From the IMG/VR virus record IMGVR_UViG_3300042878_002532, positions 1 through 64,000 of that record: 64,000 nt of DNA; one strand, written 5' to 3'. The position numbers and the translations under genes were made by a program. This stretch comes from a virus. This document shows positions 54,326 to 63,400 of the stretch, piece by piece. Under the pieces are notes generated by a model, which was not told where the DNA came from, did no database searches, and saw only the letters and a program-made list of their open reading frames with translations. Position 1 is the stretch's first letter, and each line of letters opens with the position of its first letter.

Positions 54326-54987
54326 CATGATAGAATATCTTTTATCTTAGCATCTCTGATTAGAACCTTTGATAGAATTCCTGATTGTTTGTCAATGGCT
54401 TCGAATATCTTTGTTTTTGAAAAGAATCCATTATAGATTGTGTTGAAATCGTCTTTCATATGTATAAGTTTCAAAAAAAGATTAGGTTGTAATCTTATAA
54501 TAAACTTTTCTACATATTTATCTTCTCTCAACTCTAAAATATAAGCTTGTTCCATTTCTGGTCCAAAATTGAACTCTGATGGTTCAAATCCTAAACTCTT
54601 TATAAAATCTAATACGAATGAATACTTTTCATATCGACATTTGAGTTTTGTTTCTGTGTCGTAGTATGAAAATCTCGAAGGCATCTGATTAAAATCCATT
54701 TCGGTTCCTATATGATATGTGTCATTTTCCAATAGTTCCGAAAGATCAGATTCTCTCCTATCTTCTTTGTTTAAGATATTCTTTTTTTTAACAAAGTGAG
54801 ATAGCTTAGTATCAAAAAGAAAATGTGTTTCTCCTGTTTCTTCTGCTCTTTTTTCACATTCGTCGATGAAATATTGATCTATCTCAGATCTTTCATATTC
54901 CCATGAAGATTCTTCTTGTATAAATCCTTCTGGTTTGCTACCATCGTCTATTTCTATAGTACCATCTGGTAATTGTCTAATATTCAT
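54325..54987 (-). CDS. Hypothetical protein ending RDAKIKDILS
   Basis: 220 aa, last gene of a minus-strand operon. Confidence 0.75.
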   Translation of the reverse strand: MNIRQLPDGTIEIDDGSKPEGFIQEESSWEYERSEIDQYFIDECEKRAEETGETHFLFDTKLSHFVKKKNILNKEDRRESDLSELLENDTYHIGTEMDFNQMPSRFSYYDTETKLKCRYEKYSFVLDFIKSLGFEPSEFNFGPEMEQAYILELREDKYVEKFIIRLQPNLFLKLIHMKDDFNTIYNGFFSKTKIFEAIDKQSGILSKVLIRDAKIKDILS

Positions 54988-55211
54988 GCTAAGGCATAGT
55001 TTTTTTCGTGGTCGAACCTTTCTTTTGAAAAGTCCAATAGAACTTTACACTTCTCATACTCTTCTCTTTCTTCGAAGTAGTACATTATTTTTTCGATAAA
55101 ATCTAACGTGTATGGTTTAAAGGATATGTCATAACATTTACCTTTATTGATTCTATCATAAGTGCTATTCATCAAATAGCTGTAGTTGTGCATAACAATT
55201 TTATCAGTCAT
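54984..55211 (-). CDS. Small protein with UVR-like (UvrB/C coiled-coil) motif
   Basis: YFEEREEYEKCKVLLD. Confidence 0.6.
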   Translation of the reverse strand: MTDKIVMHNYSYLMNSTYDRINKGKCYDISFKPYTLDFIEKIMYYFEEREEYEKCKVLLDFSKERFDHEKNYALA

Positions 55212-55212
55212 C

Positions 55213-55833
55213 TTATTTATTGCTTTGATTTTTCAAAAAATCTAATTCCTCTTGTGTTATTTTACTCATTCCGTGTTTACTAATCTTATCTAAGATTGAA
55301 TCTACATCGAAACGGTCTTCGTTTTCTTCTACTATTCTTTCAATCTCCGTAGTTTCTTTCTTCATCATTAGGTTGTTCAGTTCCGCTTCTGGGTTTACAC
55401 TTTCAAAATCTTTTAACTTAGATTCTAATTCCTCTCTAGAGATTGTCACACCCAATACTTCTACAACATCATCAATCTGTTTACCATATTGTTCATGTAT
55501 ATTACTTATTATATTTTCATTTAACTTTTTATCGATTGTCTCAGATGTATAGATACATTTATTTTCTTTGAAAATACAAACAATACTTTTATCCATAAGA
55601 TAAACTACGTTTACAATATTGTAGTCTTTCAGTTTGGTATCTAACATTACTGTGTGATTTACCCTACTAACAAATACCGCTTGACCTTTTTTAATATTAG
55701 ATAATATCTCTTCGAATTGTAATATCATATCTTTCAGAAGCTTTTGGTCTTTGAAATGTTCTTTTATTTTGTCTACAATCTTCGCATATAGGAAGCCTAA
55801 TATAAACATAAGTGTTAACGTCATTATACTCAT
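55213..55833 (-). CDS. Membrane-anchored protein with C-terminal DUF6576-like domain
   Basis: N-terminal TM; VDSILDKISKHGMSKITQEELDFLKN. Confidence 0.75.
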   Translation of the reverse strand: MSIMTLTLMFILGFLYAKIVDKIKEHFKDQKLLKDMILQFEEILSNIKKGQAVFVSRVNHTVMLDTKLKDYNIVNVVYLMDKSIVCIFKENKCIYTSETIDKKLNENIISNIHEQYGKQIDDVVEVLGVTISREELESKLKDFESVNPEAELNNLMMKKETTEIERIVEENEDRFDVDSILDKISKHGMSKITQEELDFLKNQSNK

Positions 55834-57020
55834 AGTGTATTATATATATTTTTTCTGATTTTGATTAGTATTTCATTGACAAAAGATTCATCTACTTTGT
55901 CTGGAAGGTTTGAGTTCGCGAACAGCTCGTCGATTTCTACGATTTCTGCCTCTACTTGATCAATAAGAGTCTGTAGGTCAATCTTTCCTTTTCTGATGTC
56001 GATTAGTTCTTGAGCATTTTCTCTACGAACGTTGATACCAAGACCCAATGCGATTTCTCTTGCCATATCCATAAGTCTTCGGGAGTGCATCATGTTCTTA
56101 CCGTCGATTTTTTGACCGTGAGATTTAACATCAACCCATCTTGCATCATTTTTATTTACTAACCAATCTTCATAAGACTTATAATCTTTACAGTGTTCGG
56201 AATAACCATCTTTATTATAAACAATATTACAGATTGGAGTTTCATCTTTTGGAATAGAAGAAAGTCTAAGAGCATTTGACTCAGCAACGTTATCACCTTC
56301 ACCAGTCTTTACAAGTCCTTTATAACCAAATCCCATTGAGTGACCTTCTTCTTTTCTCCATGCTTTAGCTTTTTCCCTCAAGTCTTCTGGAATCCTTTCA
56401 TTAAAACAGTTGTTAGCATCTGTATCAAAATAAACAGCATATGAATCTCTAGCATTTGGTACATTTACAACTCCACAGAACTTTTCTTCAAACCCCTTAT
56501 CAGAGTTCCATTTTTTCCAAGGAATAGATTTTGGTCCTTCAATCACATAAACAAAGTCGAGTACATCTTTACGAGTTACTTTATCTTTTTCCCAGTTTTG
56601 TTTTTTGTTTTGACCTTTTGCTTTTTGGATTTGCATTTTACCATAACCACCAAAAGATTTGGCACACACTTTGGTGATGAATTTATCTCTGTTATCTAAG
56701 ATAAGGTCGAAGATAGGATCTTTATAGATGATACAATCTTCTGGTGTGTTTAGAAGTTCTAATACGGTTGGATTATTGCTAGAAAGTAGTTGTAGAAATC
56801 TTTTGATTTCATAGATTACGGTATCATTTGTATCGTCGTTGATTTGTTCTTTGTAGTTGAATCCAAAGATGTCTTCTTGTGATTGAATGAATACACCTGC
56901 GTAGTCTGTATCGGATGTTTCAATGTTTGTTCCATATGCATGTGATCCTCTAATAACGAGTAGTAGTGGTTTTGCGTTTGGAGACTTTTCTTCGATGAAT
57001 CTAAATAGTTCTTCTTTCAT
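55830..57020 (-). CDS. Pol-beta superfamily nucleotidyltransferase (RlaP/NrdC.11-like)
   Basis: RGSHAYGTNIETSDTDYAGVF, NNPTVLELL, KNMMHSRRL. Confidence 0.85.
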   Translation of the reverse strand: MKEELFRFIEEKSPNAKPLLLVIRGSHAYGTNIETSDTDYAGVFIQSQEDIFGFNYKEQINDDTNDTVIYEIKRFLQLLSSNNPTVLELLNTPEDCIIYKDPIFDLILDNRDKFITKVCAKSFGGYGKMQIQKAKGQNKKQNWEKDKVTRKDVLDFVYVIEGPKSIPWKKWNSDKGFEEKFCGVVNVPNARDSYAVYFDTDANNCFNERIPEDLREKAKAWRKEEGHSMGFGYKGLVKTGEGDNVAESNALRLSSIPKDETPICNIVYNKDGYSEHCKDYKSYEDWLVNKNDARWVDVKSHGQKIDGKNMMHSRRLMDMAREIALGLGINVRRENAQELIDIRKGKIDLQTLIDQVEAEIVEIDELFANSNLPDKVDESFVNEILIKIRKNIYNTL

Positions 57021-57037
57021 TTTCTTTATTTATTCTA

Positions 57038-57045
57038 CAAATGTA
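57038..57045 (-). promoter_or_regulatory. Bacteroidetes -7 element (TACATTTG)
   Basis: TAnnTTTG 17 nt upstream of ORF start 57020. Confidence 0.5.
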
Positions 57046-57115
57046 GTGATTAAAACTGAAATAAAAATAAAGCAACATTAAAATTTAATATATACCAAAA
57101 AAGAATAAAACTCAT

Positions 57116-58264
57116 ATGTCTACACAGAGTTATAATACGGGCAACACAATATATGATAGTAATGGTGGTAATCAAAACGTTGTTGCGGACTATGCTTATA
57201 TTTCAGATTTACTTGCCAATATACCTGATAATAATACAAACTTAATTGATGCAAAAGACGTTAGGGATGCGGTTTGGACTTTATGGAATAGAATTGAAGA
57301 TATAAATATAGGTTTATCCTCTTCTGGAATAAACATATATGCAACTGGATCAGGAACATTTTCGGCAGATTTAAGATATGATAGAACACGTCTATCTAGT
57401 GCAGCACCTGTCGGTGGTGTTCCAACTGGATCAACATTTAGTGGAACTCTTCAGGATGTTTTTGATAGAATATTTTATCCATATACAGCACCAACGTGTG
57501 CTTTGAGTGGTGGTAGTACTAGACAATTTGGTTCGAATACTTCGGTAACATTGAGTTTCACTCTTAATAAATTTGAAAAGCCTGTGACTGCAGTATCTAT
57601 ACAACTTCTTTCTGGAACATCACCGATAACACCAATACCTTCTGTGATAACTCAGAACAATACAAATCCTGCTAGTTTTGGTCCAAGTACTTTGTCTACC
57701 ACTCCAGCATCTATTGTTACTTATGCTACACATAGTGCAACACCAACATCACTCAGTGAATCTAATACATACAATCTTACTATAGGTGATGGTCAAGCTT
57801 CCGCTGGTGCGTCAACTACCGTTACTTGGATGAACTATTTATATTATGGTACTTTAAATTTGAGTACACTTTCGGGTAATCCGAATCCTGATTTAACCGT
57901 AAGGCCCGATGGTAGCAATAGTGCAGCCGTTGCATCATCCATAGTGCAGATAACTGCAGCAATAGATAGCAATACCGTTAAGGCGACTGCCAATACGTAT
58001 GATAGAGTTTTGGTATCAAAAGTTTTTGCAACCAGTAGAACACTTAGTTTGGCGGACTATGCTGCCGGTAATAACTATCTTTTCTTTGCTTGGCCTACAT
58101 TGTTTGGAACACCTACTTTTAAAATAAATGGATTGTCGAATAGTGCATTTACTAAAGTTAAAAGTGGTTTTGTATTCACAAATGAAAATGGATTCTCAGG
58201 AGTAAATTATGATGTTTGGATAAGTAATACTGTCTATGGAACATCTACAATAAATATAAGTTAA
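57116..58264 (+). CDS. Virion structural protein (Ser/Thr-rich, Ig-like/beta)
   Basis: TAATATATA at 57086; composition typical of tail or head decoration proteins. Confidence 0.6.
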   Translation: MSTQSYNTGNTIYDSNGGNQNVVADYAYISDLLANIPDNNTNLIDAKDVRDAVWTLWNRIEDINIGLSSSGINIYATGSGTFSADLRYDRTRLSSAAPVGGVPTGSTFSGTLQDVFDRIFYPYTAPTCALSGGSTRQFGSNTSVTLSFTLNKFEKPVTAVSIQLLSGTSPITPIPSVITQNNTNPASFGPSTLSTTPASIVTYATHSATPTSLSESNTYNLTIGDGQASAGASTTVTWMNYLYYGTLNLSTLSGNPNPDLTVRPDGSNSAAVASSIVQITAAIDSNTVKATANTYDRVLVSKVFATSRTLSLADYAAGNNYLFFAWPTLFGTPTFKINGLSNSAFTKVKSGFVFTNENGFSGVNYDVWISNTVYGTSTINIS

Positions 58265-58283
58265 AAAAATAAGATAAAGATAT

Positions 58284-59627
58284 ATGCCAACTCAAAACGT
58301 AGGTACACTAGTAGGGGCTGCGATAAGGCCAATAGATGATGCAATGCCGATTGCTTCTGCATTTTCTTTTGAAATAAATGGAGGACATCACCAAGTTGCC
58401 ACTTTGGTTGCTAGAGATGCCATAATTGTTCAAAGAAGACAATGGGGGATGTTGTGTACGGTTTATAACGATTCAACTTCTACAAACAATGCAACATACC
58501 AACTTAAATATGGACATAACAATGGTAGTACCAATACTATGGATAACGCAAACTGGGTAGTTTTCTCAGGTGGTGGCGGTGCCGGTGGAAGTGCAAACTG
58601 GGTAGATCCTGTTCTTTCTGTTACAATGAGTACTCCTGGAATTTCGGCAGACGGAGATAGATATTTGGTTGGATTGGATGAGACTGCTTCGTTATCTGGT
58701 AGTTTTGCCACACTTACTAATACTGGATATGTTGGAAACTTAGTTGGTGGATATATTGCTGAATATAACTCTAGTATAAGCAATTGGGTAACTACATTAC
58801 CAACCGATGGGATGACTCTAAGAGTCAATGATCAAGACAACTCATTTTATAGATATGAAGGAACTTATTCTACTGGTCAATGGTACAAAGAAAGAGTCAA
58901 TCAAGTAAGATATCTTTCTGCGATTAGTGCAAATGGTGTTGATTATACTATAACCACTAATGATTTTTTTGAATACTCTACTGAAGTTGTATATTTAGTT
59001 CAGTTTGGAACTGCTAACTCAGGAAGTACAGCTTCATTAAATATAAATGGTTTAGGTCAAACAAACATGAGAAAACAGAACGCACTTGGACTTTCTGATT
59101 TTTCTAAAAACGATTTGAATATTGTTGGAGTTTACAATCTTATATATGATGGAACTATTTTTAGAGTTGATCAACAAGCCGGAGAAGGTGGTGCTTTTAC
59201 TTTAAAGTATAGGATTATCGATTCTGAAAGAATTGAAGTTCCTGCATATTCTGAATATTTACTTTATGGTGATTTAGAAGTAAATGGTATATTAGATATC
59301 AATGCTACTGGAAAAGTTGTTTTGGTAAATGGTGGATTGAATGTAAATGGTGGTACGGTTTCTAACTCAGGAAATATAGAATTTGTAACCGTTCCTCAGG
59401 CAGCATCGACTGGAGTTGCTGGATATGTTCCAAAATGGGCATCTACTACTGCAATATCTGCAACTTCTTCTATACAGGATAGTGGAACAAAAGTTACTTT
59501 GAGCTCTGTTTTGAATTTGACACCAAGTAGTCAACCTGCAACTGCTGCGGCTGGAGATATATACTTTGATAGTGGTACTAATAAGTTAAGAGCATATGAT
59601 GGTTCTGGTTGGAACGATCTTTGGTAA
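58284..59627 (+). CDS. Virion structural/tail fibre-like protein
   Basis: Beta-rich; C-terminal AAGDIYFDSGTNKLRAYDGSGW fibre-type motif. Confidence 0.6.
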   Translation: MPTQNVGTLVGAAIRPIDDAMPIASAFSFEINGGHHQVATLVARDAIIVQRRQWGMLCTVYNDSTSTNNATYQLKYGHNNGSTNTMDNANWVVFSGGGGAGGSANWVDPVLSVTMSTPGISADGDRYLVGLDETASLSGSFATLTNTGYVGNLVGGYIAEYNSSISNWVTTLPTDGMTLRVNDQDNSFYRYEGTYSTGQWYKERVNQVRYLSAISANGVDYTITTNDFFEYSTEVVYLVQFGTANSGSTASLNINGLGQTNMRKQNALGLSDFSKNDLNIVGVYNLIYDGTIFRVDQQAGEGGAFTLKYRIIDSERIEVPAYSEYLLYGDLEVNGILDINATGKVVLVNGGLNVNGGTVSNSGNIEFVTVPQAASTGVAGYVPKWASTTAISATSSIQDSGTKVTLSSVLNLTPSSQPATAAAGDIYFDSGTNKLRAYDGSGWNDLW

Positions 59628-59660
59628 TAAAAAAAGTCCTTCATTTGAAGGACTTTTTTT
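59628..59660. terminator. Bidirectional intrinsic terminator
   Basis: AAAAAAAGTCCTTCA-TT-TGAAGGACTTTTTTT. Confidence 0.9.
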
Positions 59661-59922
59661 ATGATATTATTTTAATAATATTTTCTAAGGAAAAACCATC
59701 TAATGGTTTGCCACCATTTTTAAGGTAGTCTCCATAGATGTTGTTATAGTCATCTATAGTATAGAACTTTGAATCTAAGTCACAAAATATAACTGTAGTA
59801 TCGTGTGCATTCACCGTTTTATTCTGAAGTCCTGTCTCTCCGTATCCTGGTCCCATAGGTCCAATCAGTTCGGTTCCGTTTACTTCTTCTTTTATGAAAT
59901 CTTCAAATCTTTTAATCATCAT
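59659..59922 (-). CDS. Small protein, CTS-like start (MMIKRFEDFIKEE)
   Basis: ORF 59659..59928. Confidence 0.7.
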   Translation of the reverse strand: MMIKRFEDFIKEEVNGTELIGPMGPGYGETGLQNKTVNAHDTTVIFCDLDSKFYTIDDYNNIYGDYLKNGGKPLDGFSLENIIKIIS

Positions 59923-60397
59923 CCCCATTACTTGCTTCTATTTTTTCAAAGTATTCGTCTTGTTCTTGAAGAGAATATTCGTCTTTTTTGATATTGTATA
60001 TTATGTTGTACAAAAATCTGTCATCTAATCTATGTTTTTCACCACCTTTCATTGTTATGGTACATACATCGTCTTCAAAAACATTTTCAATCTTACTTAT
60101 TTGAAGTCCAAACTTTCCATATTTGTCGTGAAGATTACATATAACTATTCTTTTTTCCTTTAAAAGGTCGTCTATTCTAGAATATGTCGAATTCTTTGAT
60201 AGATACATGAAATCTTTCATGTAGTCCTCTCTTGTATGCTGATAGAGGTTCAGGAAATTTATTTCCTTATCAGAAAGCTTCTTGCTGCTGTTTATCTTAT
60301 CTAAGATACGGTTCAGCTCTATTTCTTTAATAGATTCGCCGAGAAGGTAATACTTTATGAGTTTTTTTATTTTCATGTCGCTATTATTTTCTATCAT
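59912..60397 (-). CDS. Protein with a divergent DUF6576-like motif
   Basis: ELNRILDKINSSKKLSDKEINFLN; TAATATATA at 60397(-); the start may be Met 60376. Confidence 0.7.
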   Translation of the reverse strand: MIENNSDMKIKKLIKYYLLGESIKEIELNRILDKINSSKKLSDKEINFLNLYQHTREDYMKDFMYLSKNSTYSRIDDLLKEKRIVICNLHDKYGKFGLQISKIENVFEDDVCTITMKGGEKHRLDDRFLYNIIYNIKKDEYSLQEQDEYFEKIEASNGDDD

Positions 60398-60456
60398 ATA
60401 TATTAAGAAGTGTAAACGATTTTTATATATAGTTTATACTAAAATTATATAATCTA

Positions 60457-63400
60457 ATGGATCAAAAGTTACTTAGTGCATTAAACAATTTATCCGAAGG
60501 CCTGGAGGCCATCGCAGAGGCACTTAAAGAAAGTGGGGGTAGTGGTAATAAATCTGCCACTACTTCCGCACTACAAGGTGGAAGTTTTACTAAAGAGATT
60601 CAGGAAATAAATGTTGGTGTCAAGCAATTGATGAAAGATTCTAAACAGATTCTGAAGAACCAAGAAACTATAATAAGTTTATCTAAGAAGTCTGCAGGTG
60701 ATAAAAAGAGTGACTTTGAAAAGGCGGGTGGTGATAAGAAGAAAGAAAGCCAGATTAAAAAAGGTATTGGAACTATATTGCTTATTGCAGTTGCTGTACT
60801 TGCCATAGGAATGGCATTTAAACTTGTTGGTAAAATTGATTTTCTATCGGTTGTAGGTTTAGGATTAGCCATGTTGATAATGTCTGAGGCGTTTGTAAAA
60901 ATAGCCAAAACAAAAATGACTATAAAAGAGGCTGCTATTGCATCACTTGCAATGGTTATGATGGCAATTGCCGTTACTCTTTCATCATGGGTATTAAAAA
61001 TGATTAGTCCAATCGGAATAGCACAGTTACTAACGGGTATTGCAATAACTGCAATGTTTTATATTATGGCTCCTAAATTCGCGATGTTATTGAATGCTGT
61101 TAATAATAGCTTCAAAAAAGTGAGTTATGCAGACATAATCAAAGTTACTGTAATCTTAGTTGCTATGTCTGTGGCGATAACTCTTTCATCATGGGTATTG
61201 AGATTAATCACACCATTGAGTCTTGGACAGATTATAACGGGTATTGGTATAACCGTGATGTTCTATGTTGTGTCTAACTTTTTACCTAAGCTTGCCATTT
61301 CGGTAATCGCGGTTAGTAAAATAATGAGTAAAAAAGACTTGGCGTTGTTGCCAATCATGTTGGTTGCATTTTCTATTGCGATAACACTTTCGTCATGGAT
61401 ATTGAGAATGATTGCACCAATGTCGTTTGGACAAATAATAACAGGGATTGCAATAACTGCGATGTTCTGGATTGTATCTAACTTCTTGCCTAAGCTTGCA
61501 CTTGCTGTAATCGCGGTTAGTAAAATAATGAGTAAAAAGGACTTAGTTTTACTACCACTTATGATGGTTGCATTTTCTATCGCGATTATGCTTTCTTCTT
61601 TAATATTAAAATTGATTCAACCACTATCGTTTGGTCAGATAATAACAACAATAGTTGTTACTGCAGTATTTTGGGCAATTTCGATGTTTTTAACAGATAT
61701 CGCAATTGGTGTTATAATGGTTGATAAAATATTGGGTAAAAATAAAATATGGATGATTCCATTGGTTTATGTTGCGATATCTGCTGCCATAATGGTTGCC
61801 GGTTTCCTTTTCTCGATGACTCCAGAATTGGGTTGGAAACAAATGGTTGGTATTCTATTGATTGGTTTGATATTTGCTGGATTGGCTTATGTTATGCCTG
61901 ATATGGCGATTGGTCTTGTTATCATGGAGAAGGCCTTGGGTAAAGGTAAAATGTGGTTGATTCCTTTGGTTTATGTTGCGATTGCTGCTGCCATAATGGT
62001 TTCGTCTCACATTCTTAATGCTAGTGCTGAAATACCTTGGATGAAGCTACTTAACATATTGGTATTCTCTGTTGTATTAGTGATTGCAGTTGCTTTAATC
62101 GGATTACTATCTTTACTTTTAGTCAAAGTTATTGGATTAACCACTATACTAAAAGGATCTCTTTGTATTGTGGCTATAGCCACTTCAATAATGTTGGCAT
62201 CATGGCTTCTTACTAAGGGTAGTTATAAAAAATATCCTGATTGGAAATGGGTACTTTTTGCAGCATTGGCAATTGTGGTATTTGGTTTAATAGGATGGTT
62301 ATTGATGAAGATTGGTAGTCTCAGTACGTATATAAAGGGTGGTATTGCCATATTGGCGGTTGCTACTACTATTATGTTGACTTCGCATATAATAAATGCT
62401 GGAAACTATAAAAAATATCCTAAACTGGCTTGGTCTCTAGGTGTTGGTGCTGCATTGTTGGCATTTGGTTTGGCTGCGGTTGGATTGGGGTTAGTGATGA
62501 TGTTTGATGGTGGTTTATCTCTTTTATTAGGTTCTCTTGGTATTTTAGGAGTATCTGCAACTATAGTTGCTGCCTCACACATACTTGCTCAGGGTAAATA
62601 TGGTAAATTTCCTTCACTTGGATGGTCTGTTTCTGTTGGTTTAGCATTGGCTGCCTTTGGTGGTGGAATGGTTCTTTTGGGTGGTCTTATAATAGCATCT
62701 TTTGGTATTGGTGGTCTTATGCTTGCAGCAGGTGCTAAGGCTGTTTTGAAGGTCGCAGAAACTATAGTAAAGTCATCACACATATTAGCCAAAGGAAATT
62801 GGAAAAAGGGTCCTACGGTTGAATGGGCATCGGGAGTTGCAATTGCACTTGGTGCTTTTGCACCAATCTATAGTATGTTGTTGGAAAACGCACCTGGACT
62901 TTTCAGTGCGGGTGGTGGTGTTGGTCCAGACGATTTTGCAAGGGCCATAGTAACCGTTAGTAAGGGTATAATGACTGCAGCGGCTGAATTCGCCTCTCCT
63001 AAGAATAAAAGTGTTTGGAAAGGTGGACCTACACAAGCTTGGGCGACTGGTGTTGGTATAGCATTAGGTGCATTCGCCCCAGTTTATATGATGTTGCTTA
63101 ACAATGCACCTGGTATATTCAGTAAGGGTGGTGGTGTCGGACCTGAAGATTTTGCAAAGGCAGTTATGACGGTTTCTAGAGGTATAATAGCAGCTGCTGG
63201 AGTATTTGCGTTAAATACCGCACAATTCGAAGAAGGTAAATATCCTTCTGTTAAATGGGGTCAAGGTGTAGGTGCTGCACTTAATGCCTTTGCTCCTGTA
63301 TTTACCGCGTTGAGTAAAGATACTGGTTGGTTTACATCGGGTGATGAGGTTATAACCAACATGGTAAGTGGTGTCATTAGACTAGCGGGTGCCATCGTCA

